Of a stretch of 64,000 nucleotides of DNA, positions 1 to 9,216 are shown one piece after another (positions within the stretch are counted from its first letter, which is position 1; every line of letters starts with the position of its first letter). A program made the position numbers and the translations under genes. Source of the stretch: an uncultured Chromatiaceae bacterium (GTDB lineage: Bacteria > Pseudomonadota > Gammaproteobacteria > Steroidobacterales > GCA-2729495); assembly GCA_964371995.1 (NCBI GenBank), contig CAYJPG010000003.1, positions 1,718 through 65,717 of the forward strand. The letters run 5' to 3'. The notes below the pieces were generated by a model. That model saw only the letters and a program-made list of their open reading frames with translations, was not told where the DNA came from and did no database searches.

Positions 1-267
1 CCGGTTGCTGCATCAAAGCCCGGTACGGGTAACGCCCGCATGCAGTTCGGCGCCTTCTCGACGCGCGAACGGGCACTTCAGCAACGCAAACTGCTGGGGT
101 CGAAGTTCGGCCATATGCTGCCCGGGTCCGTCACGATTGACGCTCCCGTGAGCGGCAGCAAGGATCAGCTATACCGGCTGCGATCGGCACCGATGAGCGA
201 AGCGCAGGCACGCAGCAGCTGCGCTACCCTCATAGAACAGGGTCAAGCCTGCGTGATCGTGCCCTGA
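1..267 (+). CDS. SPOR-domain (peptidoglycan-binding) protein, C-terminal fragment; 5' end lies outside the window
   Basis: Frame 1 is open from base 1 and stops at TGA 265-267. The peptide GAFSTRERALQQRKLL...YRLRSAPMSEAQARSSCATL has the pattern of a SPOR repeat. Confidence 0.55.
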   Translation, partial: PVAASKPGTGNARMQFGAFSTRERALQQRKLLGSKFGHMLPGSVTIDAPVSGSKDQLYRLRSAPMSEAQARSSCATLIEQGQACVIVP

Positions 268-278
268 GCGGAGACGCT

Positions 279-785
279 GTGAAGACCAAGACGAGCAAAG
301 TCCGCAAGTCCTCAGCCAGACCGGTCAGCCGCAAGAAAGCGCGTAGCACCAAAGTTCTGCAGCGGACTGTCTATGAGGGCAGCTGCCACTGCGGCGCGAT
401 CGAATACAGCTACGCAACGGCGCTGCCGGTACACAAGTGGGTCGTGCAACGTTGCCAGTGCAGCTTCTGCCGTGGGCATGGCGCTTGCACCACCGCCGAT
501 CCGGCGGGCGAGATGCAGTTTCGCTTCGTTCAGCCCGAATTCCTGCGTCGCTACCGATTTGGTCTGCGCACTGTGGACTTCCTGACCTGCAAGGAATGCG
601 GCACGCTGGTCGCTGCCGTACTCCTGTCCAGAAAGGGTGCCCACTCGATGATCAACGTCAACAGCCTGCACGAGCTACCGAAGCGCCTGCCGGCCGGCAA
701 GCCCGTGCAGCACAATGGTGAATCCGCCGAAGAGCGCCGCACGCGGCGCGCGCGCAGCTGGACGCCAGTCAGCGGGCCCGTATGA
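279..785 (+). CDS. GFA/CENP-V family zinc-binding protein
   Basis: GTG start at 279 lies 5 nt after GGAGA (269-273). The Cys pattern GSCHCGAIEY...CQCSFCRGHG...CKECGT is typical of the glutathione-dependent formaldehyde-activating (GFA) fold. Confidence 0.75.
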   Translation: MKTKTSKVRKSSARPVSRKKARSTKVLQRTVYEGSCHCGAIEYSYATALPVHKWVVQRCQCSFCRGHGACTTADPAGEMQFRFVQPEFLRRYRFGLRTVDFLTCKECGTLVAAVLLSRKGAHSMINVNSLHELPKRLPAGKPVQHNGESAEERRTRRARSWTPVSGPV

Positions 786-1774
786 TCAGCGCCGAGGACA
801 ATGGTTTTCCTGTAGACCCGACAGCCCTGCGCGCCCGTCACGATCAGCGGCCTGCATCCACACTAAAACCCTTCGCGCCCGGCGATGTGCTGGTCGGCGC
901 CACTCTGCTCAATAATCCGCAGGACGATCACGCCGGGCATGGACGGATCATCCAGCTCGATGCCGAGCTGAAAGAAAAAGGCGTGCTGTGGCTCACCGGC
1001 ACCACGCACCTCGTATACGGCCTCAGCTTTGCGCCCGACGGCACCCTCTGGGCGCAGGATCCCTGGGCATGGACCACGGTGCGTGTCAGCCCTGATGGCC
1101 AGCAGCTGCTCAACCTGCAGTTTGATCATCGCGCTTTCTCGAAAGTGCACTTCATGGCAGATGGCACGCTGCTGTTCACTGAAATGCTCGATGGCGACCA
1201 CCAGCCCGAGCCGCTGACCACACGCCACCGGCCGCTGCCGGGCCATCGCACACATCTCGGCGATGGCGACCTGTGGCGCTACACGCCCGACGGCGAGCTG
1301 ATGGAAATGCTTGAGCCGGAAGTGCACGGCGGCATGAGCGGCAGCATGGCAGTCACGCACTCGGTACTGTCACCGGACCAGAGCCGGCTGTTCTATGTAT
1401 CCGAGACCGGACCGCGACTCATGCAGTTTGACCTGGCCAACGGGCACCAGCTGCCTGATCTGCGCAGCGGCACCGAAGGCGACCGGACCATGATGCACTT
1501 CGACCTGTCGCTGACGCCGGACGGCGTGCTGATGGTCTGCATGGGCAACCGCATCGATGCCCTGACCCAGGACGGCGTCTGGCTGCGCAGCTACCCGCTG
1601 CCGGGTTTCGGCTGGTCGATCATCGATGCACGCGGCGGCGACCATGCCTATGTGGGCAACTGGTTCAGCGGCGAAGTCGTGAAACTGGACCTGGAGAGCG
1701 GCGAGATCATCGCACGGACGATGGTTGCCGAAAAATGCATGGCGGGCATCGCCCGGTATCTGCCGGCGAGCTGA
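782..1774 (+). CDS. hypothetical protein, probable beta-propeller repeat protein
   Basis: ATG 782 overlaps the upstream stop (ATGA). Recurrent PDG(T/V/E)L blade-like segments are present. No specific family was recognised. Confidence 0.5.
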   Translation: MISAEDNGFPVDPTALRARHDQRPASTLKPFAPGDVLVGATLLNNPQDDHAGHGRIIQLDAELKEKGVLWLTGTTHLVYGLSFAPDGTLWAQDPWAWTTVRVSPDGQQLLNLQFDHRAFSKVHFMADGTLLFTEMLDGDHQPEPLTTRHRPLPGHRTHLGDGDLWRYTPDGELMEMLEPEVHGGMSGSMAVTHSVLSPDQSRLFYVSETGPRLMQFDLANGHQLPDLRSGTEGDRTMMHFDLSLTPDGVLMVCMGNRIDALTQDGVWLRSYPLPGFGWSIIDARGGDHAYVGNWFSGEVVKLDLESGEIIARTMVAEKCMAGIARYLPAS

Positions 1775-1841
1775 TCAGATGACCCGGACACTGGCAACCG
1801 CCCTGCTTGTGGACGGCTGCCAGTTCTGACCGCAGGAGGTA

Positions 1842-2615
1842 TCAGGGCTTTTTGAAACGCAGCGCGAAGCGGTCCGTATTGCCCGTCACGGTGCGCCGGC
1901 CGACTTCGTAGCGCAGCTCATCGTCCGGTATGTAGTGCAGGTTCGAAGAATCTTCGAATACGAAGCCCGCAGCCTGCACTTCCTTGATCACCAGCACCGG
2001 ATCCATGCGCCGCCAGTTCTCGGCGGTTTCCGGCTCATTGTGGCGCCGGGTGTGATCGACGATGCCGTAAACACCGCCGGATTTCAGCGCCGCGAAGACC
2101 GCACGGTTGAGGCTGGCACGCGCTGTCGGCGTCAGGTTGTGATAATTGCGGAAGGTCAGTACGAGATCGAGATTCTTCACGCCCAGCGTGAAGTCAGCCA
2201 GGTCGAACTTGCCCATCTGGGCACCGGCAGCCGGGACAAACTTTGCATCCGTCGGCGCGACTTTCACTTTGGCCAGCGCCGGCACCGTCTTGATCATCGG
2301 CTCGATGGCGCGCGCAGTACCGATGGCGACATAGAGCTCGCCTTTGTCCGCCAGTACCGGCGCCAGGATCTTCGTGTACCAGCCGCCGGAAGGGATGAGC
2401 TCAAGCACGCGCATATTGTCACGCAGCCCAAAGAACTCCAGCGTCTGGCGCGGCTTGCGCTCACCATCGCGCTCCGTCTCTTCAGCGGTGCGTATCTCGC
2501 CTTTCATCGCCGCTTCAATCTTCTCGCCCATCGGCGTGAGCTTTTCAGGCATGAACTGGGCGTGAGCAATGCTGCCGCACATCAGCAGAAGCGTAGCAAT
2601 CAGAATCTTGCGCAT
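1842..2615 (-). CDS. exported class I SAM-dependent methyltransferase-like protein
   Basis: Start chosen at ATG 2615, with GGAGGA upstream. Signal peptide MRKILIATLLLMCGSIAHA. The segment VLELIPSGGWYT resembles SAM-MTase motif I. The gene starts directly after the cytochrome b561 stop. Confidence 0.65.
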   Translation of the reverse strand: MRKILIATLLLMCGSIAHAQFMPEKLTPMGEKIEAAMKGEIRTAEETERDGERKPRQTLEFFGLRDNMRVLELIPSGGWYTKILAPVLADKGELYVAIGTARAIEPMIKTVPALAKVKVAPTDAKFVPAAGAQMGKFDLADFTLGVKNLDLVLTFRNYHNLTPTARASLNRAVFAALKSGGVYGIVDHTRRHNEPETAENWRRMDPVLVIKEVQAAGFVFEDSSNLHYIPDDELRYEVGRRTVTGNTDRFALRFKKP

Positions 2616-2617
2616 AA

Positions 2618-3163
2618 TCATCCTCCAGTAGTACTGCGCCGCATCCACATGCGGGCAAGGGTATTGTCACGTTGCACATAGTGGTGGAACAGTGACGCTG
2701 CGGCGTGCAGGCCGATCAGCCAGTAGCCGATGGTTCCGACTGTCTCATGAATCTCCTCGATCTGCTCGGCCAGCGGCTTGTCGGTACCGATGAGTGGCGG
2801 CAGCTCAAGGCCATAGAACGGGATGGGTTTGCCTTTGGCGCTGAGGATCAGCCAGCCGGCAATCGGCATGCAGATCATCAACAGATATAGCGCCAGGTGC
2901 ATGGCATGACCGAACTTCATCTGCCACGCGGGTGGTGCCGGCACGATCGGCGGCGTGCCGCCGCGGAAACGCGCGTAGAGACGAATCCACACCAGCGCAA
3001 ACACCGACAGGCCGAGCATGAAGTGCCAGGTCTTCAGGAGTTCCCGCAGATCGCTGCCCTTGGGCCAGAATGTGCGTAATTCGATGCAGGCGTACACGCC
3101 GGCAAGCAACGCCAGCATGAACCAGTGGAGGAAAATTGTCGGCGATCCAAAGCGGTCTCTCAT
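2618..3163 (-). CDS. cytochrome b561 family protein
   Basis: Four hydrophobic helices carry the conserved histidines (IFLHWFM, WHFMLG, HAMHLALYLL, GLHAAASLFHH) seen in CybB-type cytochrome b561. Confidence 0.8.
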   Translation of the reverse strand: MRDRFGSPTIFLHWFMLALLAGVYACIELRTFWPKGSDLRELLKTWHFMLGLSVFALVWIRLYARFRGGTPPIVPAPPAWQMKFGHAMHLALYLLMICMPIAGWLILSAKGKPIPFYGLELPPLIGTDKPLAEQIEEIHETVGTIGYWLIGLHAAASLFHHYVQRDNTLARMWMRRSTTGG

Positions 3164-3253
3164 GGCAGCAGCTTCCCCGGTGACGGCTTGTCTACACCGG
3201 ATGCTTTCCGGCTTTTACGAGTATAGATAAGTCAGGCCTTCGGTTGGGTTTAT

Positions 3254-4375
3254 CTAGCCGGCGTAGTGTGCCCGCAGCGCGCCGGCAAACAACTGCATCT
3301 GCTCCACCGTGCCCATGCTCACCCGGCACCAGCTGGGATACTGGGGGAACGGCCGGCCCAGAGAGAAACCACTCTCACGCATGGCGGCCAGAAATTCAGC
3401 GGCGGGTCGGCCGGTATCGAAGAACACGAAGTTCGCGCGAGTCGGCGCATAGGGAAGCTTCAGTTCATCCAGGGCTGCCGTCGTGATCGCCACGCCTGCA
3501 GCCAGATTCTTGCGGCTCAAGGCCTGGAACTGCAGGTCCGTATAGCTGGCGGATGCAGCCGCAAGCCCCAGGCTGCTCGCCGCCACCAGCTTGAGTTTTG
3601 CCATACGCCCGATCAGATCGGGTCGCGCCAGCGCATAGCCGATGCGCAAACCGGCAAGCCCGTGCAGCTTGGAAAAGGTGCGCGCAACGATGATGTTGTC
3701 TCCCGCCCGAACCCGGTCGACCATGGAATGCTCACTCATGTCCGAGGCCAGCTCCAGATAAGCCTCGTCCACCAGGACGCTGATATCGCCGGGCAGTGCC
3801 GCGATGAACTCGCGCAGCTCAGGGCCGGACACCAGGGTACCCGTGGGATTGTTGGGATTGCACACGTAAACCAGCCTGGTGGCTGGCGACACTGCCGCGC
3901 GCATGGCTTTAAGGTCGTGGCGCATCCCGGCATCCAGCGGAACCTCGCGCACGCTGCCACCGATGGCGCGGACATGGTCGGCGACGAAGGAGAAGGTCGG
4001 CGTCGCCGTGATCAGTTCACCGCCACCGGGTCCAGCCAGCAACGCGGCGATATGCAGGATCTCCGATGAACCGTCACCGATAAGCACATGCTGCGGAGTA
4101 AGTCCTTCACGCTCCGCGATCAGGGCTTTAAGCGCCATTTCCTCGAAGATCGGGTATTTCCAGCTATCCGGCACCGCGACCTGTATCGCAGCCCTTGCCG
4201 CCGGGCCGGGCCCATAGGGATTCTCATTGGCGGCAAGACGGATACCGCGCGAGGCATAGGCTGATGACGGTGGGCGCTGTGCTGCACCGGAACGAGGCAG
4301 GGCGCCAAGCGCCACACCCGCGAGAAGCGCATGTGATGCGCCGATGACCGCCCGTCGCGAAACAGTTGTGCTCAT
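3254..4375 (-). CDS. class I/II PLP-dependent aminotransferase (HisC-like) with a Tat-type signal peptide
   Basis: The N-terminus SRRAVIGASHALLAGVALGAL is a twin-arginine motif. LAANENPYGP and TFSKLHGLAGLRIGY (PLP lysine) are typical of histidinol-phosphate aminotransferase-like enzymes. Confidence 0.75.
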   Translation of the reverse strand: MSTTVSRRAVIGASHALLAGVALGALPRSGAAQRPPSSAYASRGIRLAANENPYGPGPAARAAIQVAVPDSWKYPIFEEMALKALIAEREGLTPQHVLIGDGSSEILHIAALLAGPGGGELITATPTFSFVADHVRAIGGSVREVPLDAGMRHDLKAMRAAVSPATRLVYVCNPNNPTGTLVSGPELREFIAALPGDISVLVDEAYLELASDMSEHSMVDRVRAGDNIIVARTFSKLHGLAGLRIGYALARPDLIGRMAKLKLVAASSLGLAAASASYTDLQFQALSRKNLAAGVAITTAALDELKLPYAPTRANFVFFDTGRPAAEFLAAMRESGFSLGRPFPQYPSWCRVSMGTVEQMQLFAGALRAHYAG

Positions 4376-4427
4376 GCGAATACCCCCTGGTTGGTAGGTT
4401 TTTTTCCAATACCGCTGGTGTGCACAG

Positions 4428-4826
4428 TCAGTCGTTGTGCTCGATCAACTCGATCTTGTAGCCATCCGGATCGGTAATGAATGCAATCACTGTGGTGCCG
4501 CCCTGTACCGGGCCCGCCTCGCGCGTAACCGCGCCGTCCAACGCTGCGGCCCTGTCACGCACGGCGGCGCAAGTGGCCGCGACATCCGGCACGCCGATCG
4601 CGACATGGCCGAAAGCGGTGCCGGGTTCATAGTGTTCGACACCATAGTTATATGTCAGCTCGATCTCCGCGTGCTCCGGATTGCTGCCATAGCCGAGGAA
4701 GGCCAGATCGTACTTCTGCGCCGGCCGCATGGTCGTGCGCAGCAGCGTCATGCCGAGCACCTGCGTGTAGAAGTCGATCGAGCGTTGCATGTTGCCCACG
4801 CGAAGCATGGTGTGAAGGAGCCTCAT
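4428..4826 (-). CDS. gloA: lactoylglutathione lyase (glyoxalase I)
   Basis: [26 protein letters not shown]...[18 protein letters not shown]...GHVAIGV closely follows the GloA pattern along the full length. Confidence 0.9.
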   Translation of the reverse strand: MRLLHTMLRVGNMQRSIDFYTQVLGMTLLRTTMRPAQKYDLAFLGYGSNPEHAEIELTYNYGVEHYEPGTAFGHVAIGVPDVAATCAAVRDRAAALDGAVTREAGPVQGGTTVIAFITDPDGYKIELIEHND

Positions 4827-4896
4827 GGTGCATTCCTGTTCTGGCTGGTCTGGTCAAAGACTATGACTGCGCGTCACGAGAGTAAACCGCCACCTT

Positions 4897-5973
4897 TCAG
4901 AGCTTCAGCGGTGCGACGTAGCCGGTCATCTCCAGGTAGCCGCGACCCACTGGTCGACCGGCTTCCAGCAGTTCGCTCGCACCCTCCCAGTAGACAGCGC
5001 CGGTCGTGAGGCTGGAATCGAGTTCCTGGTCGTCCATGAGGGGTCGGGTTTCAAATACCCGCGGGCCGATCGTGATGCGCTGGGCAACCGGCCAGGCCGT
5101 GCGGTGACGGGATGAGTTCCAGTAGCGGAGTGGTGTGAACCTGACTTCGGCCGGCGGAACGAGCTGCACGCGACCGGACGCATCGCGGATTGCGGCGTAG
5201 GTCTGCACCGGCGGCTGGCCGGCCTGCTGCCTGCGGATCTGAAAGGCGGCCAGCGCACTGCCATCATCGAGATTCATGCCGATCCAGTCCCAGCCAACCG
5301 CATCCGGCGCGAGCGCGGCACTCGACCACTCGTGATCGAGCCAGGCGATACCGGAGAGTTCCTGCATCTGGCCGACCCGGCTTAGCTGTGCTTTTACGGT
5401 GAGCTGTGGGCGTGAGTAGTAGTAACTCGCCTGCAGTGCATCCGGGCCTTTGTGCGAGAGGCCGCCTTCGCCCTGCAGCCAGGGTGGCGCTGATGCGGTG
5501 GCTTCGAAGCTGAGGGTGAAATCACGCGCGGCGATCTGAGCGTGATAGATGTCCGTGACCGGATCGCGACGCAGGGTCCAGCCGGAAAGCCTCACATCGG
5601 TATCAGCACTCGCCGCTTCGGCCAGCCCGAAACCCGTTCGGGCGATGCGCTCATCCAGCAACAGCGAGCCGCGCGCGGGATCAGCGATCGCGGCATGTGC
5701 AATCACCAGCTGGTGAGCTGCGAAGGCACTCGGGTTGGCTGGGTCCACGTCAGTATGCGTGCGGAAGAAGGTCAGCTGAAAGCCGAGTGGCTTCACCATG
5801 TCACCGAGCCAGCCGGTGAGGTACCACCACTCGGTGCGGAAATCCGGATGCGCGCCGAAGTCCTGCGGAAATACCAGCGGGCGCGGCACCACCGGCGGGT
5901 AGCTGAACGCGGCACGACTCACCGGTGTGGCCAGCGCAGCGAGCGTCAGCAGCAGGCGACGACGGTTCAGCAT
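4897..5973 (-). CDS. AttH-like lipocalin / CrtC (hydroxyneurosporene synthase)-like exported protein
   Basis: Start chosen at ATG 5973, overlapping the permease stop (TGATG). It has a signal peptide MLNRRRLLLTLAALATPVSRA and FPQDFGAHPDFRTEWWYLTGWL. Position downstream of the ABC ATPase and FtsX permease matches attEFGH-type clusters. Confidence 0.7.
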   Translation of the reverse strand: MLNRRRLLLTLAALATPVSRAAFSYPPVVPRPLVFPQDFGAHPDFRTEWWYLTGWLGDMVKPLGFQLTFFRTHTDVDPANPSAFAAHQLVIAHAAIADPARGSLLLDERIARTGFGLAEAASADTDVRLSGWTLRRDPVTDIYHAQIAARDFTLSFEATASAPPWLQGEGGLSHKGPDALQASYYYSRPQLTVKAQLSRVGQMQELSGIAWLDHEWSSAALAPDAVGWDWIGMNLDDGSALAAFQIRRQQAGQPPVQTYAAIRDASGRVQLVPPAEVRFTPLRYWNSSRHRTAWPVAQRITIGPRVFETRPLMDDQELDSSLTTGAVYWEGASELLEAGRPVGRGYLEMTGYVAPLKL

Positions 5974-8525
5974 CACCAGTCCTCGTGCACGGCGCGCAGC
6001 GGACTGCTGCCGATAGCACGGCGCCCGGCGATAGCGGCGGTACCGGTGGCGCAAACCAGCAGTGCCGCGATCAGCCCGCCGATCAGACCGAAGGGCACGA
6101 TCAGCTGCATGGACCAGTGAAAGGACTGCGGATTGATCACGCGGATCAGCACCAGTGCGATCACCAGTCCGGCCAGCAAGCCGACCAGGATCGCGTTGAG
6201 GGTTGCCAGCGTGCCTTCGAGCGCCAGCACGCGCAGGATCTGCCCGCGCGTCACGCCGATGTGCCGGAGCATGCCGAACTCGCGGGTGCGGGCCATCGCC
6301 TGCGAGGAGAATGTTGCCGCCACACCGATCATGCCGATCAGGATCGCCGCCGCTTCCAGCACATAGGTGACGGCAAAGCTGCGGTCGAAGATGCGCAGGC
6401 TCAACGCGCGGATCTCGGCCGGTGCGCGCAGCTCGATCACATCGGCAGATTCCAGCGTCGCAAGCAGATTGCGGCTGACATCTGCCACCTTCACGCCGGG
6501 GCGCAGCCAGATCGCGGCATCCGTGCGCGTTTCATCGCCGGTGATGCGCTGGTAGTCCTCGGCACGCATGGCCACCGAACCGAACTGCCTCGCGTAGTCG
6601 CGCCAGACACCCATGATGGAGAAGCGCTGCAGGCTGCCTGCCAGCGGGAGTTCGAGTATTTCTCCGCGGCGTGCGCCGTAGAGATCCACCATCGCTTCGG
6701 ACACCCAGACCGGCGACGGCATGTCCGGCTGCCACGCGAGTGTGCGGCCGACCAACGGCAGGGAAGCGCCGGGATCTGCCGCGTCGATGTTGCGTGCGAC
6801 GATAACGATCGGAGCGCGGTCCGCTGCGAGTTGCAGCGGCACGGAACGCGAGAACTCAACGCGCTGCACACCGGGGTGTGTGCGTATGCGCTGCAGGTCA
6901 GCCGGCGGCAGATACACGTCCGTCATGGACTGTCCGACCCGCGCGTAGAGATCTGCCGGCAGTACCTGCACCAGCCAGTCGTCGAGCGTGCCGCGAAAGC
7001 TCGACACCATCGTGCCCATCGCCACCATCAGGCCGAAACTGGCAACGATGCCGGCCATCGCGATTGCAGCGCCACCGGGTGCCTGCACCATCCGGTTCGC
7101 GGCCAGCAGTAGCATCGGCATGCGGGTACCGGCATGCGCCGTCTGCAGCCAGTCCGCGAGCGGACGGGAGACGAGTTGCGCGATTCGCGGCTGTAGCGCG
7201 ATCGCGCCGATCAAGATGGCGCCGATGGCCAGATAGGCCGGCAAGGGTATGCCGGCCACCGGCGGCAGGCTGATCAGGACTGTGGCGGCACACAGCAAGG
7301 CGATGCCCGGCCAGGCGCGCCCCAGCGGACGAAGCACATCTTCTTCTGCACCGGCGTGGAGCGCTGCCGCGGGCGGCGTATGCGCCGCTTCGTGGGCGGG
7401 CAGATAACTGCCGGCGATTGCCGCGACTACGCCGAGCCCGCCAAATCCTGCTGCGGTCAGCAGCGGAAAGCCGAGTACCGGCTCAGCCGTGTTGAAGTAG
7501 CCGCCACCGAGGTCGCCGCCCAGGGCTGCAAGCGCCGCACGGGCGATGGCTGCCCCGGCAAACAATCCGAGCAGGCTGCCCACCGTGCCGATAGTGACTG
7601 CTTCGGCTATCAGCAGTCGCTTGAGTTGGCCACGCTCGATGCCGGCGGCGCGCAGCCAGGCAAACTGCGAGCGTCGGGCCAGCGTGGCCTGCGCCTGCAA
7701 CGAGAACACCAGGAAACCGCCGGTAAACAGGGCGACGAGCGCCAGCACATTGAGGTTGACGCGATAGGCGCGGGACAGGTTGGCAAGACGCGCGCTGGCG
7801 GCGTCCGGCCCCGCCAGGTTCACACCGGGCGGCAGATCGAGCCGGGTGCGTAGCGCGTCCAGGCTGACCCCATTGGCGAGACGCAGATCAATGCGCGTGA
7901 GCCTGCCGAGGCCGCCGAGCCGCCACTGTGCAAAGCCCAGGTCCATCACGCCGAGCAGGCTGCCGGGTCGTACGCCTGGCAGCGTACCGCGCACCGCCAG
8001 CCCCACCATGCCGGATCCGGCCTGCACCCTGAGGGTGTCGCCGACCTGCACCTTGAAACGCACCAGCGCCGAAGGCGACAGAAAGATGCCGTCTGCAAAG
8101 AGAGAAAAGCGGGACGCTGCATTTTTTTCAGCAAGGGAAGCGTCCCCTATGAGGGTCGGCGAGAGCGGCGCGGCGCGCAGCACGTCGATACCCAGCACGG
8201 TGAGGCGCGGCGGATGGTCGTCACTCTTGCCTGGCACCAGTACATCTATAGCCAGTACCGGACTGGCCAGCTGCACGCCAGGATCGCTGGCCACACGCGC
8301 AAACAGCTGTTCATCAAAACCCGTGCGCGAGCCTTCGATGACCGCATCGGCTTCGCCGTTGATCTGCCGGAGTGCCGCACTGAACTCATTCAGCGCCGAG
8401 CTGTTGATCAGGCTCACCGCATAGCCGAGCGCGACACCGACGGCGATCGCCAGCACCTGTACAGCGGTGCGCAGCCGGTAAGTCCAGGCGTATCTGAGGA
8501 TCAGCTGCCACCAGATCCACAACAT
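5973..8525 (-). CDS. ABC transporter permease with duplicated FtsX/MacB-like domains
   Basis: Start chosen at ATG 8525, 1 nt after the ATPase stop. The roughly 850-aa protein has two blocks of TM helices separated by large periplasmic segments, as in fused FtsX-type permeases. Confidence 0.8.
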   Translation of the reverse strand: MLWIWWQLILRYAWTYRLRTAVQVLAIAVGVALGYAVSLINSSALNEFSAALRQINGEADAVIEGSRTGFDEQLFARVASDPGVQLASPVLAIDVLVPGKSDDHPPRLTVLGIDVLRAAPLSPTLIGDASLAEKNAASRFSLFADGIFLSPSALVRFKVQVGDTLRVQAGSGMVGLAVRGTLPGVRPGSLLGVMDLGFAQWRLGGLGRLTRIDLRLANGVSLDALRTRLDLPPGVNLAGPDAASARLANLSRAYRVNLNVLALVALFTGGFLVFSLQAQATLARRSQFAWLRAAGIERGQLKRLLIAEAVTIGTVGSLLGLFAGAAIARAALAALGGDLGGGYFNTAEPVLGFPLLTAAGFGGLGVVAAIAGSYLPAHEAAHTPPAAALHAGAEEDVLRPLGRAWPGIALLCAATVLISLPPVAGIPLPAYLAIGAILIGAIALQPRIAQLVSRPLADWLQTAHAGTRMPMLLLAANRMVQAPGGAAIAMAGIVASFGLMVAMGTMVSSFRGTLDDWLVQVLPADLYARVGQSMTDVYLPPADLQRIRTHPGVQRVEFSRSVPLQLAADRAPIVIVARNIDAADPGASLPLVGRTLAWQPDMPSPVWVSEAMVDLYGARRGEILELPLAGSLQRFSIMGVWRDYARQFGSVAMRAEDYQRITGDETRTDAAIWLRPGVKVADVSRNLLATLESADVIELRAPAEIRALSLRIFDRSFAVTYVLEAAAILIGMIGVAATFSSQAMARTREFGMLRHIGVTRGQILRVLALEGTLATLNAILVGLLAGLVIALVLIRVINPQSFHWSMQLIVPFGLIGGLIAALLVCATGTAAIAGRRAIGSSPLRAVHEDW

Positions 8526-8526
8526 C

Positions 8527-9210
8527 TCAGTTGGCCGCCGGGCCTTGCGGATACAGATGGCCGTGATTGAGCAGCAGCACGCGGTCGGCAAGCGCCGCCG
8601 CCGCAGCGGAGTGCGTGACGAGCACGCCGGCTGCGCCGCGCTCACGGATCTGCGTGGCCAGCAGCTTCATCAGCATCGCGGCGGTTTCGGCGTCGAGATT
8701 GCCGGTGGGTTCGTCAGCCAGTATCAGCAGCGGCCGGTGTACGAGTGCGCGGGCGACTGCCACGCGCTGCAGCTCGCCGCCGGAGAGTTCGCGCGGCAGG
8801 CTGCCGGCGCGTTCGGCCAGACCAACCGCGCTGAGCAGTTCAGCGACGCGCTGCTGACGCTCGCCGGCGGCTACGCCGAGCAGGACCAGCGGCAGCTCGA
8901 TATTCTGGCCGATACGCAGATGCGGCAGGATATGAAAAGACTGGAACACGAAACCAAGCCGTGCGCGACGCAGGCGCGTGCAGGCATCGTCATCGAGCGT
9001 GGCCAGGTCCTGCCCGCCGATCAGGATCCGTCCGGCATCCGGCTGGTCGAGTCCGGCAATCAGGTTAAGCAGCGTGGACTTGCCGGATCCAGACTCGCCG
9101 ACGATGGCGACGAGTTCGCCCGGCGCGACTGACAGATCAAGGCCATCAAGAATCTGCCGGTTGTCGTAGCGCCGGGAAAGCTGGCTGACGGCTAGCGCAA
9201 GGTCGGCCAT
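8527..9210 (-). CDS. ABC transporter ATP-binding protein (LolD/MacB-type)
   Basis: Walker [13 protein letters not shown], signature [15 protein letters not shown], Walker [13 protein letters not shown]. Confidence 0.9.
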   Translation of the reverse strand: MADLALAVSQLSRRYDNRQILDGLDLSVAPGELVAIVGESGSGKSTLLNLIAGLDQPDAGRILIGGQDLATLDDDACTRLRRARLGFVFQSFHILPHLRIGQNIELPLVLLGVAAGERQQRVAELLSAVGLAERAGSLPRELSGGELQRVAVARALVHRPLLILADEPTGNLDAETAAMLMKLLATQIRERGAAGVLVTHSAAAAALADRVLLLNHGHLYPQGPAAN

Positions 9211-9216
9211 CGGCGA

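Noticed and set aside
5925-7112. Long antisense ORFs opposite recognised genes, for example 5925-7112(+), 9400-10662(+), 11804-13135(+), 17234-18043(-), 19250-20272(-), 26261-27271(+), 45250-46704(-), 48512-49786(-), 52469-53608(-) and 59621-60475(-).
   Set aside because: Each lies opposite a frame with clear family motifs (FtsX permease, RmuC, Rhs, hydrolase, MATE, PilQ, ATPase, methylase, SNF2, RecG). Their peptides are Arg/Ala/Gly/Pro-rich with no motifs. This is the expected by-product of stop-poor antisense frames in high-GC DNA.
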